Positions 1 through 7,874 are shown, counted from the first letter of the stretch. The stretch: DNA of 20,000 bases from an uncultured virus (IMG/VR IMGVR_UViG_3300010003_000012) (IMGVR_UViG_3300010003_000012); one strand, 5' to 3'. The notes: generated from the letters alone by a model not told the origin. Made by a program: numbers and translations.

Positions 1-1
1 T

Positions 2-334
2 AGTTGGATTAACCTTTAACTCGTTTTTTAACAGCTCGTTATAGAAGCTCTTCACGCTGTAAAGCTTGGCAGAGATCGTCTTGTCTGAATTACCTCGCTC
101 AGAAAGATGATTCACATACATCTTGACATGACTATGCTTGATTTTGTCGATATCTTGCATCGTTACAAATTTCGTCTCCTTAGAAATTACGACACGAAAG
201 AACTCGTCAATTCTGTTCTGATATTCAGTTGCCGTTCGTAATGAGTTTCTCTTACTTGATTGAATGAACGACTCGAAGACCTGCTGTACATCTAAATGGT
301 CTTCACGAATGAACGTTACGTTTTGTGGAATCAT
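2..334 (-). CDS. Tyrosine recombinase/integrase-like protein, N-terminal core-binding (SAM-like) domain; runs off the left edge
   Basis: Not in the ORF track. Manual translation from ATG at 334 (RBS AGGAGA) gives MIPQNVTF...KRNSLRTATEYQNRIDEFF...VKMYVNHLSERGNSDKTISAKLYSVKSFYNELL...VNP. The S-x-x-T-x-x-x-Y, YxxxL-x-x-x-G-x-S-x-x-T and SxKSFY...NP patterns are typical of XerC/D-type N-terminal domains. The catalytic domain is outside the window. Confidence 0.8.
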   Translation of the reverse strand, partial: MIPQNVTFIREDHLDVQQVFESFIQSSKRNSLRTATEYQNRIDEFFRVVISKETKFVTMQDIDKIKHSHVKMYVNHLSERGNSDKTISAKLYSVKSFYNELLKNELKVNPT

Positions 335-368
335 TTAAAGTCATCTCCTATCATGTTTTGATAATACT

Positions 369-397
369 ACTGTAACAGTATAACAGTAAGGTGTCAA
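369..397 (-). promoter_or_regulatory. Putative sigmaA promoter of the recombinase-like gene, overlapped by operator copy 1 (369-387)
   Basis: Minus strand TTGACA (397-392), 17 nt, TACAGT. The operator ACTGTTA-TACTG-TTACAGT covers the spacer and -10. Confidence 0.6.
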
Positions 398-400
398 ATA

Positions 401-432
401 AAATATTACTACCGTCACCAATAGTAATATTT
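401..432 (-). terminator. Terminator-like hairpin overlapping the stop codon of the 82-aa gene
   Basis: Perfect 11-bp inverted repeat AAATATTACTA (401-411) / TAGTAATATTT (422-432); AT-rich stem. Confidence 0.45.
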
Positions 433-663
433 AGGATCGCTTACAGCGCATACGAGACCAGTCACAACCTGTCCAACTAAAGTGATTAAGACCATTCTAT
501 AGGCATTCTCAACAAATAGAATCATGAAGAGAAAGCTTAGGAAGAAGAGTCCAACAGTAAAGAAGTTGGCTAGCAACATCCATTCGTGGAAACTTGGTCT
601 GTAGTTGATGTGCCGTCTGTAATTTGGCTTGTATCCTTTCGGCTTCATGAAGAAGAAAAGCAT
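415..663 (-). CDS. Small membrane protein with two predicted transmembrane helices
   Basis: 82-aa ORF, purine-rich RBS (AAAGGG) before ATG, two hydrophobic stretches, co-oriented with neighbours. Confidence 0.7.
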   Translation of the reverse strand: MLFFFMKPKGYKPNYRRHINYRPSFHEWMLLANFFTVGLFFLSFLFMILFVENAYRMVLITLVGQVVTGLVCAVSDPKYYYW

Positions 664-687
664 ACCCTTTCGCCACCTTATCTGTGA

Positions 688-1473
688 TTAGTTGATTACG
701 TCTTCCGGAAAAACTAAAACCTCATATTCATTTCTGAAATCAAAGTAGTCAATTACATTATCGACATGAACCTTAGCTTCTTGAATAGTTCCTACCTTGT
801 CGAATCGACTCGAGAACCATTCGGCTACCTCTCTTTTCAAAGACCATGATAGAGAGTCATCTGTGAGGTCGTTGATGCCTCTGTATATCGTTAAAAACCC
901 TTCTTCATCTGCAATTGCTCTAAGATGACTTTTCCCTTGCAGGAAGCGATCGGTCGGCTCACCTGTTGAATAAATCTCTTTGATGATTTCAAGGTCTAGT
1001 ATTTCGAAACCAAATTCAGCTCTAACCCAAACTTCTGAGAAAACATCGATCATATCGCTCTTAGGGACATACTCATACATCATCGCAAAGTTTGCCATCG
1101 ATACCTTTTTATTCATTAGCAAGAAGACCATCGACCAGTTATCCTCGGACATATACTTCGCAAGCATCTCCTTGCCTCCGTGAATGTGTTTCTTAGTCTG
1201 AGCAAACTCCAAATACTCCATTTGAAAGTTTGAAATACCTACCCAAACTAATCCATCAAAATAGATGAATCTATCAAGGAATGCAAAGGCATTTTCGTCG
1301 TAGTATAAATCATCAATATCAATCTCAAGATACTGTAATGCCTTTCTAAGCATCTCCTCTTCGACGAGAGGCTCATCGCCTTCGTGCCATTCTATAGCTT
1401 CAGAGAGAGACATCATTCCTACTGGATAGGAATTAATCTGTTCGAATATATCCTGTACAAACTCTTTCTTCAT
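688..1473 (-). CDS. Protein with C-terminal ADP-ribosyltransferase-like (R-S-E) domain
   Basis: Start moved to ATG 1473 (MKKEF; AAAGGA RBS; ATGA overlap with the upstream stop). The C-terminus has IYRG...SLSWSL...AEWF...EYEVLV, the order of R, S and ExE motifs in ART folds. Confidence 0.6.
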   Translation of the reverse strand: MKKEFVQDIFEQINSYPVGMMSLSEAIEWHEGDEPLVEEEMLRKALQYLEIDIDDLYYDENAFAFLDRFIYFDGLVWVGISNFQMEYLEFAQTKKHIHGGKEMLAKYMSEDNWSMVFLLMNKKVSMANFAMMYEYVPKSDMIDVFSEVWVRAEFGFEILDLEIIKEIYSTGEPTDRFLQGKSHLRAIADEEGFLTIYRGINDLTDDSLSWSLKREVAEWFSSRFDKVGTIQEAKVHVDNVIDYFDFRNEYEVLVFPEDVIN

Positions 1474-2411
1474 TTCGTTTTCAATTCCTTTACTAGCGTC
1501 CGGTAATGAAAACATTGAATATTCCATCCACCTGCGCCAATTGTATTTACGACTGCAGTACCCTTTTCTCCGATAACGGTGCCATCAAGATTCCCTTTTT
1601 CACTGATGTAGAGGTCTTCAGCATCTGTGATTTCACCTGTGATATGAGTAATACGGTGAACGAGATCTAAAAGTTTCGCCTTTCTCTCATTTTCCAAGAA
1701 TGTTTCCAACATGGCAAGTCTTCTCTCCTCATCAAACCTGACACTGTACATGTCGTTGATCAGCAGTCCAAAATTAGCCTTTACCTTCTTCTCTGCCATG
1801 CGATCAAGCTCATTCTCTTCTAAATGCTCAGCAAGACCTCTTGATCTAATGTTGATGGTATCGTTCTCCCAGTAGCTTGCAATCTTTCCGTTCTCACCTA
1901 GGTAAGCTCCCATCTGTTCCGGATGCCCTTCAACATATGCAATCGTTGCTAGGTGACGTTTTTCTTTGAGTGAATCAAGAGTCTTTACCATGAAGTTGTA
2001 ATTGAAGATATACCACTCATGCGCCTTTTCCTTCCACGCTTGGACAAAGTCTTTCAAAATCTGTGGTGCATTATCATTCATGAACCGCTCTTGATTCACT
2101 TCCTTATCCAACTTCACTTCCCAGTTACTCAACGTCTTCTCGTTCTCGATCAGTTTCTTATTCGATTCTACGATTGCTTCCAACGCACGAGAAACACCAA
2201 ATGCTAACTCAAAGTTGTCATTTTCACGGGGATTAAGAGCGCTCCAAACCTCGTCCTTGTTCATTCCTTTGACATCGATTCCTGTCGCCTCAAGAACGGC
2301 TTCAATCTTCTTTGACAATGTCTTTTCATGACGAGCGATCGTGAGCTTTGACTTCTCTACACGTTCTCTTGCCTTTTCTGCCTTCTCTCTCAACTGTTCT
2401 ACGTTTGCCAT
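1470..2411 (-). CDS. Phage hypothetical protein with N-terminal coiled coil and C-terminal TIGAGGWNIQCFHYR motif
   Basis: Long ORF, likely start MANVE at 2411. The C-terminal motif is one I recall from uncharacterised Firmicutes phage/plasmid proteins; function unknown. Confidence 0.7.
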   Translation of the reverse strand: MANVEQLREKAEKARERVEKSKLTIARHEKTLSKKIEAVLEATGIDVKGMNKDEVWSALNPRENDNFELAFGVSRALEAIVESNKKLIENEKTLSNWEVKLDKEVNQERFMNDNAPQILKDFVQAWKEKAHEWYIFNYNFMVKTLDSLKEKRHLATIAYVEGHPEQMGAYLGENGKIASYWENDTINIRSRGLAEHLEENELDRMAEKKVKANFGLLINDMYSVRFDEERRLAMLETFLENERKAKLLDLVHRITHITGEITDAEDLYISEKGNLDGTVIGEKGTAVVNTIGAGGWNIQCFHYRTLVKELKTK

Positions 2412-2463
2412 TTCCACTCAGCTCCAATCATCGTTTTGGTTATATGGTTTCAATCACTTAATA

Positions 2464-2526
2464 ACTGTAACACTATTACAGTATACTCAGTTACGAGCTT
2501 GAAGTCAAGTCGACCTCAGCTCGTAA
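2464..2526 (-). promoter_or_regulatory. Hairpin-embedded sigmaA promoter plus operator copy 2 (2464-2482)
   Basis: TTGACT (2508-2503), 17 nt, TATACT (2485-2480). Operator ACTGTAA-TAGTG-TTACAGT has perfect 7-bp arms. Hairpin TTACGAGCT...AGCTCGTAA spans 2491-2526. Confidence 0.8.
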
Positions 2527-2531
2527 TTTGA

Positions 2532-3086
2532 TTACATCCATTGCTTATACTTGTTCTTTAATCGACGTAGCTTGCGATACATTTTGATGTGGCTTGTTTC
2601 TTTCTTGCCGATATCTTTAGAAATCGACATCAGTTGCTCATACAGGCTATTAACATTGTCCGTGACATAGTTAAGATCTCTGTACTCCTCTTTGAGAGAA
2701 ATTGGCGATGGTAACAGTGCAAACAAAGGATTGGAGAATTTCTCCGTCATTCCTCTCATAGCTACTATGCTAGGGACAAGGTCTCCGCCATGCGCAGTAT
2801 CGAAACCGAAGTACCAGTGTGTATTCTTGAATTCATGAGAGATGAATCCGGAACCCGAGAACGTTAGTCCGCCATGAACATTTATAAAATCTAGGTACGA
2901 ATGATCGATACCTTTTTGAAAGAGAGGATTGTCTACTCTTACTCCAACATACCCGTTGAGAGTACCGCTATGATTGCGAGAAACTACAAGGTGAAACTCA
3001 CCATTATCGATTGACAGGTGATCAGGCTCGTTGTTCCACTTTCCCTCTAAATCTCTCCAGTTTGTCTCTTCGTACAACTTACTCAC
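2532..3086 (-). CDS. Conserved phage hypothetical protein (GYVGV / HGGLTF / GFDxAH family)
   Basis: GTG start with GGAG/AAAGG RBS. Motifs NGYVGV, VHGGLTFSG and WYFGFDTAHGGD are characteristic of a widespread small phage protein family of unknown function. Confidence 0.75.
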   Translation of the reverse strand: MSKLYEETNWRDLEGKWNNEPDHLSIDNGEFHLVVSRNHSGTLNGYVGVRVDNPLFQKGIDHSYLDFINVHGGLTFSGSGFISHEFKNTHWYFGFDTAHGGDLVPSIVAMRGMTEKFSNPLFALLPSPISLKEEYRDLNYVTDNVNSLYEQLMSISKDIGKKETSHIKMYRKLRRLKNKYKQWM

Positions 3087-3100
3087 GCCTTTCTAACTCC

Positions 3101-3706
3101 TTAATGAGAGCTTCTTGAGAGCTGTTCATTGATTTTGCGCAAAAGATTTTCCTTCGCTAATTCAAATGTTTCTGCTAGGTCTTGTTGATCCTTGTCGAGA
3201 GACTTATTAATTCTCTCTTTTATGAATTCCGGCAACTCATCATATTGAGCGGTCTTTGTAAATGTTGCCGTATTCATAACGCTCTGTTCAAGTGTTTCTC
3301 TATTGTGTTCGTTTGTCATCAAACCGAATACGCTATTCATGAAATCATTTGAACCTTGATATAGCGAATAGGGAAGTTCGACTCCAATTTTCTTCGAGAA
3401 TTCATACAATTCATCTTCGTTCACTGCAAGCATCTTGAATAAATACTCTTGATGGTCAAGGAATGCTTGCACATGTTTAACCGCATCTTCTACCGAGTCA
3501 AATTCACCAATAGTTGTCTCTAACTTTCCGTTTACATCGATCAGCTCTGCTGTATAAGTGAACTCATCTATAATTACACGCCTCGCATGAATTTCACCTA
3601 TGATGATCTCGCCATCAAGCATCTCAGCCACTATTGCTTCGTCTCTCACTCTAGATAACAAATCGCTTAATTTATCATCATAATTACGAACTGATAGCTT
3701 CGTCAT
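3101..3706 (-). CDS. Hypothetical protein, local paralogue family 1 (N domain + helical C domain)
   Basis: 201-aa ORF, RBS GAGGTG; similar to 4031-4612 and 4639-5220. Confidence 0.8.
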   Translation of the reverse strand: MTKLSVRNYDDKLSDLLSRVRDEAIVAEMLDGEIIIGEIHARRVIIDEFTYTAELIDVNGKLETTIGEFDSVEDAVKHVQAFLDHQEYLFKMLAVNEDELYEFSKKIGVELPYSLYQGSNDFMNSVFGLMTNEHNRETLEQSVMNTATFTKTAQYDELPEFIKERINKSLDKDQQDLAETFELAKENLLRKINEQLSRSSH

Positions 3707-3707
3707 C

Positions 3708-4034
3708 TTATTTCACCTCTACGCTTTTGATGTAATCAATTACTTCTTGAAGTGTCGGAAACTCTCTGACTACCTTTGTCCCGTTATGATGCACGTTCCA
3801 ATGGCTATCACGATCTTTCACAGCATATTCTACACGATTATTCCGGAGATAACTTCGAGTGACGACATAAAAATCATCTTGAGACTTCATCTCGTACCCT
3901 ACTTCTTGTTCCGGAGATTCGTCCATTTCATTCATCAATGGATTAACAGTAAGTCCGAGCTTCTCGGAGAGACTCTTGGAGAATCTCTCGAGATCGCTTT
4001 GGATGGTCTGATAAGACAGGAATGTATAGCTCAT
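3708..4034 (-). CDS. Hypothetical protein
   Basis: 108-aa ORF, RBS AGGAGA, ATGA overlap with the upstream gene. C-terminal EFPTLQEVIDYIK resembles the end of the family-1 N domain. Confidence 0.75.
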   Translation of the reverse strand: MSYTFLSYQTIQSDLERFSKSLSEKLGLTVNPLMNEMDESPEQEVGYEMKSQDDFYVVTRSYLRNNRVEYAVKDRDSHWNVHHNGTKVVREFPTLQEVIDYIKSVEVK

Positions 4035-4612
4035 TGATTATTATCTCCTACGCTACTTTTAAGGTATCCCAATTGCTCATCCCGTTCCTTTTGAAGCTTA
4101 GAAATTTCATCTTTGTAGTACGTTACTTTTTCTTCGATTACATCTTTTAGAACACTTGGAATAGAAGCATATTCTTCTGTTGATTTCGATGCTTCGATAT
4201 CATTCAGTTTCCCTTGAAGGAGATCGATGTAATGTTGAACCATAAAGATGTTGTCAAGATAAGTTCGAACATTTCCGCTTTTGACGTACAACTCCTCGGA
4301 CACTGGAGCGTATTTTTTCACGCTGTCAATGATCTTGCTATATTCTACTCTAAGATCCGCTTTCTCACTCTCCGACTCTTCATGTACTTCTTTGATGAGT
4401 TCAATTCCGCTCTCCACGTCATCTACAGTATGGCTTCTGCCATGCTCATCTTCGGCTGAATAATGCTTGGTTACTTCCTGATCGTGAAGAAATACAGTCC
4501 CTACATTCGAACCGTTACCAACAACTTCTGCCATAACGCTCGTAACTACCATTGACGTCTCTTTGACAACTCGTTCCTTATCCTCAAATCGATTTACTGT
4601 GAATGAAATCAT
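4031..4612 (-). CDS. Hypothetical protein, local paralogue family 1
   Basis: 193-aa ORF, RBS GGGAGG. Confidence 0.8.
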   Translation of the reverse strand: MISFTVNRFEDKERVVKETSMVVTSVMAEVVGNGSNVGTVFLHDQEVTKHYSAEDEHGRSHTVDDVESGIELIKEVHEESESEKADLRVEYSKIIDSVKKYAPVSEELYVKSGNVRTYLDNIFMVQHYIDLLQGKLNDIEASKSTEEYASIPSVLKDVIEEKVTYYKDEISKLQKERDEQLGYLKSSVGDNNQ

Positions 4613-4638
4613 CTGCTATTCCTCCCGTGTCCGATTAA

Positions 4639-5220
4639 TTAACGATTCAACGCCTTGTTGATTCTCTCTTCACTTACTTTAATATCTTCTTTCAAGCGTT
4701 TAATCTCACTCTCTCGATTAGAAATCTCAACAAGCTGAACCTTTGCAATAGGATCGCTTTCATCTGTTGAGAGTAAATCGATATCTGATTTTGCGTCACT
4801 GATCAATCGATTCAACACTTCAATTTCTTTTCGCTTGTCATCGATGACTAGAATTTCAATTCGAATTGGTGCGTTATTCATGAAGTCATTATGACTAATG
4901 CCAAACTCTTTCATGACACTTTGATAGTGGCTTGGATTCGCAGAAGCCTGACGAATGAAATCCTCTTCTTCTTGGTACCAATGCTTGATTGCATCGATCG
5001 CTTGCTCAACTTCGTTAAATTTATCCTCAGCTTGATGAACGATTAATCCATCTCTTACTTCAGCCTTGTACATGATCAACTGTGAAATTTTCTCTTCAAT
5101 TACTTCTCCTACCACTCGCTCACCTGCAACAACACGACGAATGATGCGTGTTAAGAAGCCTTCTCCACTTACTTGAACTTCTTCTTTCCCAGTCAAATCG
5201 ATTACAGTAATTTTAGTCAT
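4639..5220 (-). CDS. Hypothetical protein, local paralogue family 1
   Basis: 193-aa ORF, RBS GGAGGG, TAATG overlap with the upstream gene. Confidence 0.8.
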   Translation of the reverse strand: MTKITVIDLTGKEEVQVSGEGFLTRIIRRVVAGERVVGEVIEEKISQLIMYKAEVRDGLIVHQAEDKFNEVEQAIDAIKHWYQEEEDFIRQASANPSHYQSVMKEFGISHNDFMNNAPIRIEILVIDDKRKEIEVLNRLISDAKSDIDLLSTDESDPIAKVQLVEISNRESEIKRLKEDIKVSEERINKALNR

Positions 5221-5441
5221 TATAGATTCCCTCCAATGTGATTGTCGTAAGCTTCGTGCAATGCTTCTACCGCTTCTTCAAAAGTATCGTAGCTACCAAC
5301 GACTCCACCGTGTTTTAATGTCGCCTCATAGGTTCCAATACCTTTGTTTCCTACCATACTAACGATAAACATCCCGACCGTTCCGATCAGTGTGGTCTTA
5401 CCGTCTACTTTTTTTGTGATTTCTTCAAATTGTGATGGCAT
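5220..5441 (-). CDS. Small hypothetical protein, stand-alone family-1 N-domain-like
   Basis: 73-aa ORF, RBS AAAAGGAG, first gene after the 5464-5545 promoter. Confidence 0.75.
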   Translation of the reverse strand: MPSQFEEITKKVDGKTTLIGTVGMFIVSMVGNKGIGTYEATLKHGGVVGSYDTFEEAVEALHEAYDNHIGGNL

Positions 5442-5463
5442 TTTAAATTAGCTCCTTTTAATT

Positions 5464-5545
5464 ACTGTGATAGTATTACACTTGATAAGTAAAATATTAG
5501 TCGATACTGTGCCGTGTGTCAAGCAAAATATCGACAAATATTTTA
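5464..5545 (-). promoter_or_regulatory. Hairpin-embedded sigmaA promoter plus operator copy 3 (5464-5482); direct repeat of 7226-7307
   Basis: TTGACA (5522-5517), 17 nt, TAATAT (5499-5494). Inverted arms 5490-5506 / 5529-5545. Operator AGTGTAA-TACTA-TCACAGT lies just downstream. Confidence 0.85.
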
Positions 5546-6208
5546 GTAATCAATTCCGTATAGACATTTCTCATAAATAAACGTGTCAATCTCTCCATAA
5601 TCATTAGTCTCATAGAAAGCAGATAGTCGTTTATGGAACTCCGGCAATAATTCTTCCGGAACGCTGATTAATCCTTTTCCGTGTTTAATCAACATCTTAT
5701 TTGCAAACAATGTACTCGTTCGCTTATTGCCGTCCCAAAATAACTGGCTCCGCATTCCATACAGCATGTAGCGGATTGCTTTGAATGTAATCGATTCATC
5801 AGAGTTCATCAGTTCAGAGATGTATTTCTCGGTCTCTTTACGATCGGGAACTTCCGGCTTGTAATTAACTCCGCTAATCCCCACGCTACCCTTCCGGATA
5901 TCTCCCCACTCAAGGCTTTCATTGTATGAGACAAAACCATTTATCTTGCATGCTAGGTCAAGAGTTTCTTCTGAGCTGATATTGTTTAAAATGTATTTCC
6001 AAGCGTTTCTGAGATTTAAGATGATTTGAAGGTCATCTAAGTCCATTCCGGAGATCGCTGTGCCATCGACGATGACTTTCGTTTCGGGGAATGTGATATT
6101 AACTCCTTCAAGTCTTGCACTGTTGTAAATACTTGCTACGAGAGTCTTCTTTGCAAGAAATACGCTTTCTCTCCTAGTCAAGTTATACTTGTCCGGAAAC
6201 TTCGACAT
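5543..6208 (-). CDS. Fic/Doc family protein with non-canonical active-site motif
   Basis: Start moved to MSKFP at 6208 (RBS GAGGTG). QLFWDGNKRTS matches the Fic motif HPFxDGNGRxxR with H>Q and G>K. N-terminal SARLEG matches the (S/T)xxxE(G/N) inhibitory helix. Confidence 0.85.
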   Translation of the reverse strand: MSKFPDKYNLTRRESVFLAKKTLVASIYNSARLEGVNITFPETKVIVDGTAISGMDLDDLQIILNLRNAWKYILNNISSEETLDLACKINGFVSYNESLEWGDIRKGSVGISGVNYKPEVPDRKETEKYISELMNSDESITFKAIRYMLYGMRSQLFWDGNKRTSTLFANKMLIKHGKGLISVPEELLPEFHKRLSAFYETNDYGEIDTFIYEKCLYGIDY

Positions 6209-6224
6209 TGCTTTCACCTCTTTA

Positions 6225-6479
6225 TTACAAATCCTTTTTCTCGATCGTCTTGATGACGTCAATAAGACCACCATAACCATCACTCTCTAATCCGTTTTTC
6301 CACATTTTCAGATTGCTGACGACATACTGAAAGTCCTTGACAATCTGATCTAACTCCTTAGCTTCATCTGCGCTAAAAGTGATTTCTCCGTTATTATCGA
6401 ACGCATGCATCATCTTCTGATTTACAAGTCTGCTCATTAATTCGATTTGTCCAAGGTTTCCTACTTTTTCTAATGCCAT
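6225..6479 (-). CDS. Small hypothetical protein upstream of Fic
   Basis: 84-aa ORF, RBS GGAGGA. Confidence 0.75.
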   Translation of the reverse strand: MALEKVGNLGQIELMSRLVNQKMMHAFDNNGEITFSADEAKELDQIVKDFQYVVSNLKMWKNGLESDGYGGLIDVIKTIEKKDL

Positions 6480-6517
6480 TTTAACTTCCTCCAGTGTCTA
6501 ATAAAAGTCTGATTTCA

Positions 6518-6868
6518 TTAATCTTTAGAAATAGAATTATTTGCATTTCCAACTTTCTCTAATTGGCTCATTATCTCTTTTCGGATTCTTTCAAAGTTGT
6601 CGATTTCCTTTTTGAGTGCTTCAATTCTATCTATGATAGTCTCCTTCACTGCCGGAAGCATCGCCTTGAATTCAATTGAATCTCTAAACTCCATTAGCTG
6701 AGTGATCGTTGTACGATTCTTGTTTATAAAAAACTCAGTGTTACCCATGTCGACAAAGAGGTTTCTCAACTCGGCATCTTCTTCGTAGATACTCTTATCT
6801 ATTCCAAGTTGATTTGCCAATTTACTATCCAACTTCCAAGAGTCTTTAACATTCAATTTAGGCATCAT
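6518..6868 (-). CDS. Hypothetical protein, stand-alone family-1 C-domain-like
   Basis: 116-aa ORF, RBS GGGAGGG. LGIDKSIYEE...EFKAMLPAVKETIIDRIEALKKEI aligns with the C halves of 3101-3706 and 4031-4612. Confidence 0.75.
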   Translation of the reverse strand: MMPKLNVKDSWKLDSKLANQLGIDKSIYEEDAELRNLFVDMGNTEFFINKNRTTITQLMEFRDSIEFKAMLPAVKETIIDRIEALKKEIDNFERIRKEIMSQLEKVGNANNSISKD

Positions 6869-6883
6869 AAACCCTCCCAGTTT

Positions 6884-7210
6884 TTACTTAGTTCCTGTCT
6901 TCAAAAATTGATCGATGAGATTAGTAACGAGATTAATCTGATCCTTGTCGAGCAATTTCAGCCTGTCGTAAACCGTTCTTGCCTCGTCCTTAAATGCTTC
7001 ATCTCTCAATTCAAGAAGGTAAACATATTCCATACCCAACAGTTCCGCCATCTTCTCTAGCGTCTCACTGGTTGGCTCACTCTCTCCACGTTCAATCCTT
7101 GCGACCGTCGCATTTGAAACGTTCAATGCGATTGCAAAGCTACGCTGACTTTCGTATCCTGATTCCACTCTCAACTGAGATACACGTCTTCCAAAATCTC
7201 TTCCTGCCAT
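6884..7210 (-). CDS. XRE/Cro-CI family helix-turn-helix transcription regulator
   Basis: Start MAGRDFG at 7210 (RBS AAGGAGGT). FGRRVSQLR...SQRSFAIALNVSNATVARIERGESEPTSETLEKMAELLG is a classic HTH_XRE pattern. Confidence 0.9.
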   Translation of the reverse strand: MAGRDFGRRVSQLRVESGYESQRSFAIALNVSNATVARIERGESEPTSETLEKMAELLGMEYVYLLELRDEAFKDEARTVYDRLKLLDKDQINLVTNLIDQFLKTGTK

Positions 7211-7225
7211 TTTAGGCACCTCCTT

Positions 7226-7307
7226 ACTGTGATAGTATTACACTTGATAATTAAAAGTATAGTCGCTACTGTGCCGTGTGTCAAGCACAATTGCGACTAT
7301 ACTTTTA
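7226..7307 (-). promoter_or_regulatory. Hairpin-embedded sigmaA promoter plus operator copy 4 (7226-7244); direct repeat of 5464-5545
   Basis: TTGACA (7284-7279), 17 nt, TATACT (7261-7256). Perfect 15-bp inverted arms 7252-7266 / 7293-7307. The operator is identical to copy 3 and abuts the XRE RBS. Confidence 0.85.
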
Positions 7308-7874
7308 CTCGAATTGCTCTAGCTTAATACTAGAACCTGTTTCTAAGTTATCTCCTGTTTCACCAAAGAACATATAATTCTCTTCTCCGCTAGAACCTAG
7401 GATTGTATTTACTTTCAAATCTCCTTCACCCGATGTGACAATGAAGTTTGAACCTTCTCCAACGTTTGATGCACGATATCGACCTGCAGGAATATCTTTT
7501 CCGATTACATATTGTCCTGCTCCGAGAACGATCGGTTTGCTCTTCGTCATGATCATTTTAACTGTGAGTCTATCTAAGAGGTCTTCCTTCTCAGTGACCT
7601 TCTTCTGCAATGCTTTATATTTAGAATCAAGCTTTTTCACATCAGCTTCGATTGAGTCACGCTTTTTAACGACGTCCAATGCTTCCTTGTTTTCTTTTGA
7701 AATACTTTGCTTCTTAGCTTCCAAAGTCTTGATCTCTTTGTTCAAGCTTTCAACACTAGCTTCCTTGCCATTAATTTCTGTTTCTGCTCCGGTACTTCCG
7801 ATCGCTTGTCCTAAAAAGAGTACGGCAACCATGATCCCGACGATAATTGCATAATGTCTAAATTTCTTGTCCAT
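7305..7874 (-). CDS. Membrane-anchored coiled-coil protein with C-terminal beta domain (GxYxxGKDIPAGRY)
   Basis: N-terminal TM/signal segment, heptad coiled coil and C-terminal LGAGQYVIGKDIPAGRYRA motif, as seen in Firmicutes surface proteins. The architecture is reminiscent of TcdC-like proteins (tentative). Confidence 0.7.
   Translation of the reverse strand: MDKKFRHYAIIVGIMVAVLFLGQAIGSTGAETEINGKEASVESLNKEIKTLEAKKQSISKENKEALDVVKKRDSIEADVKKLDSKYKALQKKVTEKEDLLDRLTVKMIMTKSKPIVLGAGQYVIGKDIPAGRYRASNVGEGSNFIVTSGEGDLKVNTILGSSGEENYMFFGETGDNLETGSSIKLEQFE

Noticed and set aside
2..334. Naming the recombinase xerC/xerD or yopP/yopR, or calling it the prophage integrase
   Set aside because: Only the N-terminal domain is visible; orthology and catalytic competence cannot be judged.
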